Source: Nitrospirota bacterium (lineage in GTDB: Bacteria; Nitrospirota; Thermodesulfovibrionia; Thermodesulfovibrionales; Dissulfurispiraceae). From it: a stretch of DNA of 64,000 nucleotides. The position numbers and the translations under genes are program-made. The notes beneath the pieces were generated by a model that worked only from the letters and a program-made list of their open reading frames with translations, searched no databases and was not told where the DNA came from. Positions 9,598 through 20,752 of the stretch are shown piece by piece. Location of the stretch: positions 1 to 64,000 of the forward strand of contig JBFMCP010000010.1 in assembly GCA_040754455.1 (NCBI GenBank), written 5' to 3'. How positions within the stretch are numbered: position 1 is the first letter of the stretch; every line of letters starts with the position of its first letter.

Positions 9598-10484
9598 TTC
9601 TTAATCCATTCCCCCGGTACAACATATTCCCCGCCAACAGGCTTCTTTTCGCCTACCCATGCGACCGCTTCGTCCGGGGTCATGAAATAATTGTATTTCC
9701 GGTAAATAGCCTTGCCTTCTTCAGAAAGCAGATAATCTATAAACTTCCGGGCAAGTTCCCTGTTTTTGGTAAACTTGGCTATCGCTACCGGAATATAACC
9801 GATGCGAATGATCTCGGATTTCTTAAGACGTATCGTCTCTATCCTTTCCGGATCCCAGTATTGAAATACCCTCCATCCGATCACGGCATCCGCAGCCTTC
9901 AAGGATATGGCGGTGGCCGTCTTTTCGCAACTCTCCGTGTAATTTATGAGGTTCTTCTTAAATGCAGCCTTTTCTTGGGGAGTAAAGTTTTTTTCTATTA
10001 TCTCGACCGCATAGGCTCCGACACATACCCCTTCGGGATTGGCAATGGCCACCTTGATACCCGGTTTCGTCAGGTCTTTCAACGATCTTATATTCTTCGG
10101 ATTTCCCTTCTGGACATTAATGGCATTGACGAGATAGACCACGTATTTCTCTGTCTCGGGAAACACGACTCCTTTTTTCTTCGCCAGTTCCATGTAATCC
10201 GATGAACCCGGGAAATAAATATCGCCTTTTTTGCCGAGGATCATCTGAGACATGACATATCCCGAGCCTCCGAAGGCTATGTCCACCGTGACGCCGGTTT
10301 TTTTCTCGAATGCCCTTGCCGCCTCCTCGGTAGGCGGTTTGCTTGCAGCGCCTGCAAAGACCATGAGCCTCTGTTCTCCCGAAGATACATCTGCCCACAT
10401 AATTACAATCCCAAAAACCATCAAAGCGATCAAACTTAAAAGTCTGCCGCACATGATGCAGCCTCCCGCATTTTCAAACCGCAA
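9594..10484 (-). CDS. modA: Molybdate/tungstate ABC transporter substrate-binding protein
   Basis: Signal peptide; VFAGAAS, FGGSG, VQKGNPKNI, IANP motifs. Confidence 0.87.
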   Translation of the reverse strand: MRFENAGGCIMCGRLLSLIALMVFGIVIMWADVSSGEQRLMVFAGAASKPPTEEAARAFEKKTGVTVDIAFGGSGYVMSQMILGKKGDIYFPGSSDYMELAKKKGVVFPETEKYVVYLVNAINVQKGNPKNIRSLKDLTKPGIKVAIANPEGVCVGAYAVEIIEKNFTPQEKAAFKKNLINYTESCEKTATAISLKAADAVIGWRVFQYWDPERIETIRLKKSEIIRIGYIPVAIAKFTKNRELARKFIDYLLSEEGKAIYRKYNYFMTPDEAVAWVGEKKPVGGEYVVPGEWIKK

Positions 10485-10500
10485 CTCCGATCAATGAAAA

Positions 10501-10914
10501 TCAAATTTTGAATCCTCCCGCCTCTTCCTTCAAAAATTCTCCGAACCTCTCATGAAGCCTCCAGAACTCCTGAATAGCGTGTTCTCCGGCATCAGTAAGC
10601 CTTGCTCCCCCTCCGCCCTTGCCTCCCGTAGCAGTGACAACAAGAGGCGTTTCGGACTGATGGTTCATTGATTCCACAAGTTCCCATGCAGCGCGATACG
10701 ACATCTCCATCGATTTTGATGCCTTTGAGATAGAGCCATACTGCCTAATCCTCTCAAGCAGCACAACCCTGCCGTATCCGAGAAACGTCCCGTTCTTCCC
10801 TTCAATCCATATCCTTCCTCTTAACGCATAACCTTTACGTTTATCGCCTGTTGTTTCATGCGGGCGGTGAGCATTTTGGTGTTTGTGTTTTCCGTCCGGG
10901 TACTTCTTTTTCAT
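10501..10914 (-). CDS. modE: ModE-family winged-helix regulator (DNA-binding domain only)
   Basis: LLERIRQYGSISKASKSMEMSYRAAW...GGKGGGGARLT; ATG at 10914 is preferred over 10929. Confidence 0.87.
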   Translation of the reverse strand: MKKKYPDGKHKHQNAHRPHETTGDKRKGYALRGRIWIEGKNGTFLGYGRVVLLERIRQYGSISKASKSMEMSYRAAWELVESMNHQSETPLVVTATGGKGGGGARLTDAGEHAIQEFWRLHERFGEFLKEEAGGFKI

Positions 10915-10916
10915 GC

Positions 10917-10940
10917 CGTAATATATCACAAGGAATAACG
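10917..10940. promoter_or_regulatory. ModE operator box
   Basis: CGTAATATAT-CACA-AGGAATAACG, a 24-bp CGnTAT...ATAnCG-like dyad immediately upstream of modE-modABC. Confidence 0.65.
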
Positions 10941-10980
10941 AGAAGACAATTTAACTTTTACAAAAATGATACAGGGAAAA

Positions 10981-11286
10981 TCAAATAGGCAGTTTTATTC
11001 TGAACGTGCTTCCATGTCCTTTCCTGCTTTCTGCAAGTATCTCCCCACCGTGATTCTGGACTATGCCGTAACTTATTGTAAGTCCCAGGCCAGTGCCTTT
11101 GCCCACGGTCTTTGTCGTGAAGAACGGATAGAATATCTTGTCCCGTACTCCGTCGTCGATGCCGACGCCGTTGTTCATGACCAAAAACTGTACGCAAATT
11201 GAAACAGCAACAATTGCAACAAGAAGAAGGGTCAGGTGCGTTCTGGCAATAATGCCGGGAAGCCTGTCCTCCTGGATGACGAGCAC
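10981..11286 (-). pseudogene. Histidine kinase HATPase C-terminal fragment
   Basis: NNGVGI...IFYPFFTTKTVGKGTGLGLTISYGIVQNHGG...GSTFRIKLP; no HisKA domain or N box. Confidence 0.72.
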
Positions 11287-11306
11287 ACTGCCGATGAGGA
11301 CATTGT

Positions 11307-11915
11307 TTATGTCGGTGAGGGGAAACCGTATGATGAGCTTGCCGGAGAGGCTTCTTTCAGCGAATAGCTGCCCTTTTCGGTGTTGTCGGATGTTGGAGCA
11401 ACACCGTCGACGCTTATGATTTTGACCTTCGACTCCCGGGCGAAGACCCTCGGCGCAATACCTACGGCGCCTTCAAACCGCTCGGCGTAGTCGATAACCT
11501 CTTTGTCGGTTTTTACGACAATAGCTTTCTTTGCAACAGCGCCTTCTATGCCGATCACCTTTCGCACCGGTTCGTCCATGTCCCTGCAGTGGTCACGGTA
11601 CACCAGCGCAATTGATCTGTCGGGACCGCCGACCTGCTTTCAGTTCGTAATCAGGCCGTTATGGATATCGGAAAGCTGTTTTAAGGTAAGATTGTTCAAC
11701 GGGTTCTTGGGATTGAGCATAACCGCCTTGATATCCACAGCTACCTTATACTGAACCAGATCGAGCCTCTTTGCTTTCTCGGCAGGGAGGGGACAGCAGA
11801 TGCCGCCCATCTCGTGCTTACCGCTTACCACGACTGCTATGCCGTCTGAACAACTGCCGCCCTTGATATGGACGCCGGGGCCGTATTTTTTCTCGAAATT
11901 TTTGCATTTTACCAA
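11307..11915 (-). pseudogene. PstS-like (PBP_like_2) substrate-binding protein pseudogene
   Basis: Two same-frame ORFs separated by TGA at 11640-11642 in ITN*KQVGG (normally ITNWKEVGG); NPLNNLTLKQLSDI and IISVDGVAPT motifs; no signal peptide, so 5'-truncated. Confidence 0.75.
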
Positions 11916-11937
11916 AGGTGTTAATTAAAATAATGAA

Positions 11938-14427
11938 ATGGCTTTTAAAGTAGATATTCCTGTTACAGGCATGACCTGCGCTGCGTGCTCGGCAGCGATC
12001 GAGAGAGCGCTCCCTAAAGTAGAAGGCATCAAGAGCACCACCGTCAATTTCCCCGCTGAACGGGCGACGGTCGAATTCAGTGATCCCAATAATCCTGTCC
12101 CCCTTGAGACGGTCATTAACGTCATCAAAGAGGAAGGGTACGGTGTTGCTACCGTAAAGATGGATTTCGCCGTCCGCGGGATGACCTGTGCCGCCTGCGT
12201 TGCTGCAGTGGAGCGGGCGCTGAAGGGTCTCTATGGTGTCGTGAATGCTACCGTCAATCTTGCCGCTGAGAAGGCGTCGGTCGAGTATGTCCCCACGATT
12301 GTCGGCTTTGAAGACTTCAAAAGAATCATCCACGAAGCAGGCTACGCCGCCGAGCAGCTGACCGAACAGTTTGTCGACCGTGAAAGGGAACGGAGAGAGA
12401 AGGAGTACGGCAATTTAAAAAAACAATTCATCATCAGCGCCCTCTTCACCGCGCCGGTTATTATCGGGAGCATGCTCCCCTCGCTGCCGGTCCTTTCCAA
12501 TGTGTATCTCCTCTTTCTTCTTGCGACACCCGTGCAGTTCTGGACAGGAATGCGGTTCCATGCCGCAGCGCTTTCAGCCCTGAGGCACGGGGCGACCAAT
12601 ATGAATACCCTTATCAGCGTGGGAACTACTTCTGCGTATGTGTACAGTCTGATTGCCACCTTCTTCCCGCACGTCTTTGCTCACGGGGGAAAGCCGGCCC
12701 ATGTGTACTACGATACATCGGCAACCATTATCACCCTTATTCTCCTTGGCAGGCTGCTCGAAGCGCGGGCTAAAGGAAAGACATCGGAGGCGATACGAAA
12801 GCTGATGGGCCTCCAGGCAAAGACCGCGGTTGTGGTGCGTAACGGGATGGAGAGAGAGATTCCGATCGAGGAGGTGACGGCCGGCGATATCGTTGTCGTA
12901 AAGCCGGGCGGAAGAATTCCTGTTGACGGCGAGGTGGTTGAGGGAAATTCGACCGTCGATGAATCGATGCTGACCGGCGAGAGCCTGCCGGTCGAGAAAA
13001 AGGCCGGCGATTCCGTCTACAGCGGCACGGTGAATAAGGCAGGCAGCTTTAGACTGAGGGCGCTGAAGATCGGCAAGGAGACCGCCCTCGCGCAGATCAT
13101 CCGGCTCGTCGAGGATGCCCAAGGGAGCAAGGCTCCCATTCAGCGGCTTGCCGACAAGATCGCCTCGATCTTTGTTCCCGTCGTCATCAGTATTGCATTA
13201 GTTACCTTTGCCTTATGGTACTTCTTCGGTCCGGCGCCGTCCTTTACACTGGCCTTGATGAACTTTATTGCTGTGCTCATCATTGCCTGTCCCTGCTCGC
13301 TGGGGCTCGCCACACCAACGGCGATCATGGTCGGCACCGGGAAGGGTGCTGAAAATGGGATATTGATAAGAGATGCCGAGGCCCTTGAGTTATCACACAA
13401 AATTGAAGCTGTCGTCCTTGACAAGACGGGTACGATTACTAAAGGAGAGCCCGAAGTCGTCGATATAATAATAGTCGGCGGCGGGCATGGTGCATCGGAC
13501 AACGGGCAAGGGTCTTTATCGCCTGATATTGTTTTACAGATTGCCGCATCAGCGGAAAAGCTCTCGGAGCATCCTCTCGGCCAGGCAATCGTCAGGAAAG
13601 CGGCTGAGCGCAATCTCACCATTTCCGATCCTGGCGGTTTTACTGCGGTACCGGGCGGCGGCATCAAGGCTCAGGTCAGACTGCAGAGGGCAATAGATAC
13701 ACGAGTAGGGGGAGATGTGGTAGAGGTCTTTATCGGCAATGAGGACATGCTCCGGAAGGAGGGGATCGATACCGCTGCGGTACATTCGTTGTCCGAGCGG
13801 ATATCCCTTGATGCGAAAACCCCCGTCTTCATGGCAATCAACAAGAGCATCACCGCAGTCTTTCCCATTGCCGACACTATAAAAGAGGGGTCTCCCGAAG
13901 CGATACGGGAACTGCGCGCAATGGGCATCGAAGTAATCATGCTCACCGGCGACCACCGCAATACCGCGCGGGCAATAGCGAAAGAGGTGGGTATCGATAC
14001 GTTCTTTGCGGAAGTAAAGCCCGAACAGAAGGTAGAAGTGGTTAAGAAGGTAAAGTCCGAGCGCAAGGTAACCGCCATGGTAGGCGACGGCATCAACGAT
14101 GCCCCGGCACTTGCCGAGGCGGATGTGGGCATTGCCATCGGCACCGGCACGGATATCGCTATCGAGGCTTCGGATATTACCTTGATCAAGGGACATCTGA
14201 AGAGCGTTGTCGATGCCATCAAGCTCAGCAAGCTGACGATCACAACGATCAAACAGAATCTTTTCTGGGCATTTTTTTACAATATCATAGGTATTCCGGT
14301 TGCTGCCGGGGTGCTGTACCTCTTCGGCGGACCGCTGCTCAACCCGATGATCGCTTCAGCGGCAATGGCTTTCAGCTCCGTTTCGGTGGTCAGCAATTCT
14401 CTGCGGTTGAGGAGCAAAAGTCTCTAG
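11938..14427 (+). CDS. copA: Cu(I)-translocating P1B-type ATPase
   Basis: Two GMTCAAC HMA domains, TGES, CPC, DKTGT, SEHP, GDGIND, YN and MAFSS motifs. Confidence 0.95.
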   Translation: MAFKVDIPVTGMTCAACSAAIERALPKVEGIKSTTVNFPAERATVEFSDPNNPVPLETVINVIKEEGYGVATVKMDFAVRGMTCAACVAAVERALKGLYGVVNATVNLAAEKASVEYVPTIVGFEDFKRIIHEAGYAAEQLTEQFVDRERERREKEYGNLKKQFIISALFTAPVIIGSMLPSLPVLSNVYLLFLLATPVQFWTGMRFHAAALSALRHGATNMNTLISVGTTSAYVYSLIATFFPHVFAHGGKPAHVYYDTSATIITLILLGRLLEARAKGKTSEAIRKLMGLQAKTAVVVRNGMEREIPIEEVTAGDIVVVKPGGRIPVDGEVVEGNSTVDESMLTGESLPVEKKAGDSVYSGTVNKAGSFRLRALKIGKETALAQIIRLVEDAQGSKAPIQRLADKIASIFVPVVISIALVTFALWYFFGPAPSFTLALMNFIAVLIIACPCSLGLATPTAIMVGTGKGAENGILIRDAEALELSHKIEAVVLDKTGTITKGEPEVVDIIIVGGGHGASDNGQGSLSPDIVLQIAASAEKLSEHPLGQAIVRKAAERNLTISDPGGFTAVPGGGIKAQVRLQRAIDTRVGGDVVEVFIGNEDMLRKEGIDTAAVHSLSERISLDAKTPVFMAINKSITAVFPIADTIKEGSPEAIRELRAMGIEVIMLTGDHRNTARAIAKEVGIDTFFAEVKPEQKVEVVKKVKSERKVTAMVGDGINDAPALAEADVGIAIGTGTDIAIEASDITLIKGHLKSVVDAIKLSKLTITTIKQNLFWAFFYNIIGIPVAAGVLYLFGGPLLNPMIASAAMAFSSVSVVSNSLRLRSKSL

Positions 14428-14451
14428 CTCGGCTAAGGGAGGAGTTGTTCG

Positions 14452-15579
14452 ATGTTGCAAAGAAAGAGGGTCGTCTACGTTGCCGATGATGTTTCGATCA
14501 ATATCGAGCTCGTGGAATCGGTGTTCAAGAGTGACCCCCATATGATGATCAGGAAGGCCGAGAACGGAAAAGAGCTGCTCGATTCCATTCACAAAAACGG
14601 GCTCCCCGACCTGCTGATCCTTGATCTCATGATGCCGGTGATGGACGGGTTCGAGGTGCTCGAGAAGCTCAAGGGGCTCAGAGACGGGAACTATTTCCCT
14701 ATCATCGTCCTTTCGGCGCTTACCGATAAGCAGAGTATTGTACGCGCCCTTTCCATGGGGGCGGACGATTACGTTACCAAGCCCTTTTTTGTGGAGGAGC
14801 TCAAGGCGCGGGTCGGCAATATGCTCAAGCTCAAAGAGCGTGATGAATTTCTGAATACCTCTCTCGATGTCATGGAGACCAATCTTCTCGAAAAACTCAG
14901 GATGCTCGAACAGACCCAGGTCGAGGTCATCATCAGACTGGGTAAAGCCGCCGAGTTCAGGGATGACGAAACGGGAAGACATATCGAGCGGATCGCCGAT
15001 TACGTGAACCTGATCACCGATGAGCTGGGACTTGACCAGGAGCAGCGCATGATGATGCGGTATGCATCGCCTATGCACGATGTAGGAAAGATCGGTATCC
15101 CCGACGGCGTATTGCTGAAGGCCGGAAAGCTGACGTCCGATGAGTTCGAGGTCATCAAGCTCCATACCGTCATCGGCAGCAGGATACTGGGCGGTACCAG
15201 CCTGCCCCTACTCGAGCTCGCCAGAGAGATATCACTTACCCACCATGAGCGCTGGGACGGGACCGGATATCCTCTGGGACTGAAGGGAAAGGATATCCCC
15301 CTTTCGGGAAGTATCGTTGCCGTTGCCGATGTCTTTGACGCCCTTACATCTGAAAGGGTGTACAAGGCCGCGTGGCCAATAGAAAAGGCGCTGGAGTATA
15401 TCAGGGAGCACCGTGAGAAGCAGTTCGCTCCCGCTGTGGTCGATGCTTTTTTCCACATACAGGATAAGATTATCAATATACGAAAGACCAAGACCGATGC
15501 GGTATTTGCAAAACCGATGATCATGCAGATCATCGACGGCGATATCAGCATAGAGCAGTTGATCGAACGGTGGAGATAA
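14452..15579 (+). CDS. Response regulator with HD-GYP phosphodiesterase domain (RpfG-like)
   Basis: REC (DLLILDLMMP) plus MHDVGK, HHERWDGTGYP and ADVFDAL. Confidence 0.92.
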   Translation: MLQRKRVVYVADDVSINIELVESVFKSDPHMMIRKAENGKELLDSIHKNGLPDLLILDLMMPVMDGFEVLEKLKGLRDGNYFPIIVLSALTDKQSIVRALSMGADDYVTKPFFVEELKARVGNMLKLKERDEFLNTSLDVMETNLLEKLRMLEQTQVEVIIRLGKAAEFRDDETGRHIERIADYVNLITDELGLDQEQRMMMRYASPMHDVGKIGIPDGVLLKAGKLTSDEFEVIKLHTVIGSRILGGTSLPLLELAREISLTHHERWDGTGYPLGLKGKDIPLSGSIVAVADVFDALTSERVYKAAWPIEKALEYIREHREKQFAPAVVDAFFHIQDKIINIRKTKTDAVFAKPMIMQIIDGDISIEQLIERWR

Positions 15580-15590
15580 CGATCGCACGT

Positions 15591-15679
15591 AGTTCACAGT
15601 TCATGGTTCATCGCAGCTTTGTTCCGGTATTCGGTATCGGATTTTTCAACTATGAACGGTGAGCTGTCAACAATGAACC
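15591..15679. repeat. Heptamer-periodic imperfect inverted repeat (agttcat / tatgaac type), overlapping the rnj start
   Basis: agttcac agttcat ggttcat ... tttcaac tatgaac ggtgagc tgtcaac aatgaac. Confidence 0.65.
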
Positions 15680-17331
15680 AAGATTCCCTCCTCGTCATTC
15701 CCCTGGGCGGGGTCGAAGAGATCGGCCTCAACATGACCGTCTTCCAATACGCCGATGATCTGCTCATTGTCGATGCCGGCCTTATGTTCCCCGAAGAGGA
15801 TATGCTGGGGGTGGATTTCGTCATTCCCGATTTCTCCTACATCTTCGAAAACAGGGAGAAGGTGAAGGGGATTGTTCTTACCCACGGCCACGAAGACCAT
15901 ACCGGCGCATTGCCCTTTCTTCTCAGGGAGATCAAGGTGCCGGTGTTCGGAACGCCGCTTACCCTTGCCCTTGTACGGGAGAAGCTGAAAGAGCACCACC
16001 TCGATGACATCCCGCTGTTCCCGGTGAAACCGCGCGATATTATCACCCTCGGCAGCTTCAGTATCGAGTTTATACGGGTTACCCACAGCATCGTCGACGG
16101 GGTGGGGCTCGGCATTAGCACCCCTTTCGGGAATATCATCCATACCGGAGATTTCAAGGTTGATCCCACACCGGTCGACGGAGAATTACTGGACTTCCAT
16201 AAATTCTCCGAATACGGTGAAAAAGGGACGCTGCTCATGCTCTCGGACAGCACCAATGCCGAAAAGGGCGGGTTTACCTTCTCCGAAAAAGAGGTGCGGC
16301 GGTCTTTCGAAGATATTTTTGCAAAGACCACGGGAAGGATCATCATCGCTACCTTTGCCTCGAATATACACCGGATCCAGCAGGCGATCGATGTGGCGGT
16401 CCAGTTCGGACGGCGCGTGATCATGTGCGGCAAGAGCATCGTCTCCAACGCGCAGATCGCCCTCGATCTCGGCTACCTGAAGATGCCCGAAAATACCTGG
16501 GTCAGGCTCGAAAACCTGAAGGACCTCCGCGACGAGGAGGCGGTGATCATCACGACCGGCAGTCAGGGAGAGCCGATGAGCGTGATGTCGAGGATCGCTA
16601 CTGGCGAGCACAAGCATATAAAAATAAAGGAGGGTGATACGGTCATCCTCTCGGCGAAGATGATCCCGGGCAATGAGCGGTCCATAGGAAAGATCATCAA
16701 CCACCTTATGGCGCGCGGCGCCGAAGTGATCTATGAGAAGGTCTCGGAGATCCATGTCTCGGGGCATGCCTCGAAAGAAGAGCTCAAGCTCATGATGAAC
16801 ATGGTGCGGCCCCGCTACTTTGTGCCGGTCCACGGGGAGTACCGGCACCTCAAGTATCATGCCAAACTGGCCGAGAAGTCGGGAATCCCGAAAGAAAATA
16901 TTTTTATTCTCAACAACGGCACTATCCTCGAGGTTACCGAAGCCGGCATACGACAGAACGGAAGGGTGAGCACGGGGAGGGTCTTTATCGACGGCAAGGA
17001 TGCGGGCGGCGTCGAAGACATTGTGCTCAGAGACCGGAGAATGCTCGCCCATGACGGCATTGTCATCATCCTCGTCGGCATTGAGAAGCTTACCAAGAGG
17101 ATCGTTTCCGGCCCTGAGATCATCTCAAGGGGCTTTATCTTTGAAGACGCCTCACAGGACCTCATCAACGAGGTGAGGGACCTCATGGCAGCGACCTTAT
17201 CGACGCTCCAGGAAGATGTCATTGCCGATACGGCGCTCATCCAGGCAAAGCTCCGCTCCACGCTGAAGAAATACCTGAGGAACACCATGGAGCGTCGGCC
17301 GATGATCATGCCGATTATCATGGAAGTCTAG
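15673..17331 (+). CDS. rnj: Ribonuclease J
   Basis: IPLGGVEEIG, THGHEDH, HTGDFK, SDSTN, GSQGEP, HVSGH, PVHGEYR; start uncertain (15652 or 15673). Confidence 0.95.
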   Translation: MNQDSLLVIPLGGVEEIGLNMTVFQYADDLLIVDAGLMFPEEDMLGVDFVIPDFSYIFENREKVKGIVLTHGHEDHTGALPFLLREIKVPVFGTPLTLALVREKLKEHHLDDIPLFPVKPRDIITLGSFSIEFIRVTHSIVDGVGLGISTPFGNIIHTGDFKVDPTPVDGELLDFHKFSEYGEKGTLLMLSDSTNAEKGGFTFSEKEVRRSFEDIFAKTTGRIIIATFASNIHRIQQAIDVAVQFGRRVIMCGKSIVSNAQIALDLGYLKMPENTWVRLENLKDLRDEEAVIITTGSQGEPMSVMSRIATGEHKHIKIKEGDTVILSAKMIPGNERSIGKIINHLMARGAEVIYEKVSEIHVSGHASKEELKLMMNMVRPRYFVPVHGEYRHLKYHAKLAEKSGIPKENIFILNNGTILEVTEAGIRQNGRVSTGRVFIDGKDAGGVEDIVLRDRRMLAHDGIVIILVGIEKLTKRIVSGPEIISRGFIFEDASQDLINEVRDLMAATLSTLQEDVIADTALIQAKLRSTLKKYLRNTMERRPMIMPIIMEV

Positions 17332-17372
17332 TGGCAAAGTTACGCTGAATCTGCTAAAGTACCCGTGCTGAT

Positions 17373-18596
17373 ATGACCGCGGAGAAACTGCTCTATAAGA
17401 TCGAGAATATCCTGGTGGATGACGCCCGCCCTTTCGATGATAAGCTGCATCGTGTCGTCAAGGTCCTGGCGGCGGACTTCAAGGTAAAAAAGTGCTCATT
17501 GATGCTGGTCAACCATGGTGACCTCACCCTCGAGGTCCGGGCAGCGACCAACCCTGCCATTATCGGCTGCAAGCGGAAGCTCTCCGATGTCACCATCGCC
17601 ACCCGTGCGCTGATCGATGACGCCCCTTTTTACGCAGACAGGAAAAGGCTCTCGTTCTTCCGTCCTCCTGACGCCACCCGGTATGCATCCGAGCACTCGC
17701 TGAGCATCCCCCTCAAGTACCAGGATAAGAAGATCGGCGTACTTAACTTCACCGACAGGAAAGACAAAAGGAAATTCACAAAGCAGCAGCAGACACTTGC
17801 TCTCGAGATAGGAAAGCATCTGGCCATACATCTCTATGCTGCGCAGATGCGTGCAGTCCTGGAACGGAAGGTAGGACAGTTTGAGGAGACGGTCAGGCAG
17901 CTCGAGCGGCTGGATGAACTCAAGACGAGCCTTACCGGTTTCATCATTCACGATCTGAAAGGACCGATTACCACGATCATGGCCAACCTGGACATGCTCA
18001 GCTACGAAGAGCTCACCCCATCACAGGCCGAGTGCGTCAATCTGGCGCTCCGGGATGTCTACAAAATGCAGCGGATGGTGATGAACATCCTGGATGTCTC
18101 GAAGCTCGAGGAGGGCAGGCTCAGGATCTGCAGGGAAGAGGTCGATATCTATGACCTTGCCCGAAGGGAAATAGATGCCTTTAAAAATATTCTTACCCTC
18201 AAGAAGATGACCACTACACTTGAAGGTGCTCCCCATGTCTGCTTTGTAGATGAAAACCTTATCGGCAGGACGGTCTCGAATCTGCTGATCAACGCCATAG
18301 AGCATTCCCCCGATCACACGGAGATTGCGGTGAGGATACTCTGTGATGCCACGAAGGAAGAGGTGCGCGTGAGCATTTCGGACCAGGGTCCCGGTATACC
18401 TGATCCGCTTAAAGAGAGGATATTCGACAAGTTTTTCCAGGTCGAGGAAGGTAAGCGACAGAGCAGAACGACGACCGGTTTGGGGTTGACCTTCTGTAAA
18501 CTTGCCGTTGCCGCCCATGGCGGAAGACTCTGGGTTGAGGATGCACCGGCAGGCGGTTCAACCTTTGTTTTCACCATACCCGAACGTTTAGTGTAG
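17373..18596 (+). CDS. GAF-domain sensor histidine kinase
   Basis: N-terminal GAF, HisKA HDLKGP, N box NLLINA, DQGPGI, GLGL. Confidence 0.9.
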   Translation: MTAEKLLYKIENILVDDARPFDDKLHRVVKVLAADFKVKKCSLMLVNHGDLTLEVRAATNPAIIGCKRKLSDVTIATRALIDDAPFYADRKRLSFFRPPDATRYASEHSLSIPLKYQDKKIGVLNFTDRKDKRKFTKQQQTLALEIGKHLAIHLYAAQMRAVLERKVGQFEETVRQLERLDELKTSLTGFIIHDLKGPITTIMANLDMLSYEELTPSQAECVNLALRDVYKMQRMVMNILDVSKLEEGRLRICREEVDIYDLARREIDAFKNILTLKKMTTTLEGAPHVCFVDENLIGRTVSNLLINAIEHSPDHTEIAVRILCDATKEEVRVSISDQGPGIPDPLKERIFDKFFQVEEGKRQSRTTTGLGLTFCKLAVAAHGGRLWVEDAPAGGSTFVFTIPERLV

Positions 18597-18611
18597 AGGA
18601 GGAGTTTTTCT

Positions 18612-19793
18612 ATGGCGATTCCTATAAAGTATTTGCAAATAAACTGTCTCGTCGTCGATGACGAGCCGACGATGCGGACGACCATCAGTAATATGCTTAC
18701 CCGGATGGGATTTAAGAATATCGTCACTGCCGATAACGGCAAAAGCGCGCTGGACATCATCAAAACCTCGAAAATGGATTTGGTCATAGCCGATGTGAAC
18801 ATGCCTGAAATGACGGGTATCGAATTGTTTAAAGTGATACGCGATGATAATCGCTATGATTACATAAGCTTTATTTTTGTTACCGCCGAGGCACGAAAGG
18901 ATACCGTTGCACGGGCTGCTGAGGGAGGGGCCAATGAGTACCTCATCAAACCCTTTGTCATGGGTGCTCTGGAAGATAAGATTAAGAAGGTACTGGATAA
19001 AAAGTTCAACCCCTCGACGCTGGATACGTTGCTGCAGAACTTCAAGAAATACCTCGAAAGCAGGGACCTTGCGAATGCAGAAAACCAGTTGATCAATGCA
19101 TCGCAGATCGCCCCTGACAGCCCGACGATCTTACTTCACTTCGGACAGCTCTCTCTCGCCAAGGGCGATACCAATGCGGCGATCGACTATTTCAAGGAGG
19201 CGATCAACAGGAAGCCCCTCTTTGTGAAAGCCTACAATGCTATCGGAGAGGTATACGAGAGCCTTGGCGACTTCGAGACTGCGATCAAATACTATGAGCA
19301 GGCGCACAGCATCAGCCCCTCGAATACCGAACGGCTCATCGCCTTGAGCAAGCTCTATTACAAATCAGGAGAAGCTGGAAAGGCGGAGACGATGCTGACG
19401 GAGGCGCGCGCCGATATGCGGGAGGATGTCTCTGCATCGGACCATCTGCTCGGTGAGATGTATCTGTCGAAGAACGAGAATGAGAAGGCATTGGAGGTGC
19501 TCGTCAAGGCGCACCAGACGAACCCGGCCGAAATATCAATAATGCAGAGCCTTGCGGAAGCATACCGGAAAGTCGGCAAACCCGATGAAGCGCTTGCCGT
19601 GTATGCCCGCATTCTCAAGATAAACGCCAACAACGCGCTCGCCTATTATCAGATGGGCAAGACCTACCTGGAAATGAGCAGTAAGCAAAAGGCGATCGAA
19701 TGCATCAAAAAAGCATGGGAGCTTAATCCCTTCTCAAAGGAGATAACCGCCGATCTTAAAGCGCTTGCGGAGAAAGACAGGCTGGATATTTAG
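18612..19793 (+). CDS. Response regulator receiver plus TPR repeats
   Basis: CheY-like REC (VVDD, DVNMP, KPF) followed by multiple TPRs. Confidence 0.88.
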   Translation: MAIPIKYLQINCLVVDDEPTMRTTISNMLTRMGFKNIVTADNGKSALDIIKTSKMDLVIADVNMPEMTGIELFKVIRDDNRYDYISFIFVTAEARKDTVARAAEGGANEYLIKPFVMGALEDKIKKVLDKKFNPSTLDTLLQNFKKYLESRDLANAENQLINASQIAPDSPTILLHFGQLSLAKGDTNAAIDYFKEAINRKPLFVKAYNAIGEVYESLGDFETAIKYYEQAHSISPSNTERLIALSKLYYKSGEAGKAETMLTEARADMREDVSASDHLLGEMYLSKNENEKALEVLVKAHQTNPAEISIMQSLAEAYRKVGKPDEALAVYARILKINANNALAYYQMGKTYLEMSSKQKAIECIKKAWELNPFSKEITADLKALAEKDRLDI

Positions 19794-19834
19794 CGATGCG
19801 ATAGAGGATGTAGTATAATTAGGACAAATGTCGA

Positions 19835-19958
19835 AAATTCGAAATTCCAAACTCTAAATCCTAAACAATATCAAAATCCAAATATTCAAACCGTTCAGAA
19901 CCCTTAACGATCAAGGTGCGGTTTCCATTGTAATTTAGGATTTAGGGTTTAGGATTTG
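19835..19958. repeat. Heptamer-periodic inverted repeat (aaatcct / aggattt type)
   Basis: aaattcg aaattcc aaactct aaatcct ... tttagga tttaggg tttagga. Confidence 0.75.
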
Positions 19959-19978
19959 CAGTACCGAGGAGGTTTTTT

Positions 19979-20752
19979 TTGGATCCGGAAATAATTAAGG
20001 CGATTATCCTGGGTGTTGTACAAGGGATTACCGAATTTTTCCCCATCAGCAGTACCGCTCATCTGATCCTCTTCCCCTGGTTTTTCGGCTGGGAGGGCGA
20101 GCTCAATACCTTGACCTTTGATGTTGCCCTGCACGGCGGCACCCTTGTCTCCCTGATCGTTTGTTTTTACAAAGATTGGATACACCTGTTTCTGAGGGAC
20201 CGGCAAACGCTCTTCACGATCATTATCGCTACCATCCCTGCAGGGGCCGCCGGCGTGGCATTTAACGATATAATTGAGCACACCTTGCGAAGTCCGCTCA
20301 TTATCGTAGGTGCCCTCGTCGGGTTCGGCGTGCTTATGCTCTTGGCAGAACGTTATGGAAAGAGATATAAGGAGCACCCCTCGTTCGTTGACGGATTCAT
20401 GGTCGGCTGCGCACAGGCAGTGGCGCTGATTCCGGGAGTTTCGCGTTCGGGCATTACCATTACCGCGGGGCTCTTCAGGAACATCAGGAGGGAATCGGCG
20501 GCGCGCTTTTCCTTTCTCCTTTCGACGCCGGTCATTGCAGGCGCAACGCTCTTGGAAGGGCGAAAACTGGTGAGCAGTCCTGAGCATTACCACCTCGATG
20601 TGTTTGCCGCCGGTTTTGTCGCCGCCTTTATTTCCGGATTTGTCGCGATAAAGTTCCTCCTTGCTTTTCTGAAGAAGCACCCCCTCCACCTCTTCATTTA
20701 CTATAGGTTTTCGCTTGCTGTTATAATATTAGGCATATGGCTGTACCAGTAG
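19979..20752 (+). CDS. uppP: Undecaprenyl-diphosphate phosphatase (BacA)
   Basis: LGVVQGITEFFPISSTAH, PGVSRSG, AARFSFLL; TTG start after GAGGAGG. Confidence 0.95.
   Translation: MDPEIIKAIILGVVQGITEFFPISSTAHLILFPWFFGWEGELNTLTFDVALHGGTLVSLIVCFYKDWIHLFLRDRQTLFTIIIATIPAGAAGVAFNDIIEHTLRSPLIIVGALVGFGVLMLLAERYGKRYKEHPSFVDGFMVGCAQAVALIPGVSRSGITITAGLFRNIRRESAARFSFLLSTPVIAGATLLEGRKLVSSPEHYHLDVFAAGFVAAFISGFVAIKFLLAFLKKHPLHLFIYYRFSLAVIILGIWLYQ

Noticed and set aside
11640..11642. In-frame TGA as selenocysteine or recoding
   Set aside because: It falls at a conserved Trp (ITNW), the gene is also truncated, and other genes in the window use TGA as stop; a nonsense mutation is simpler.
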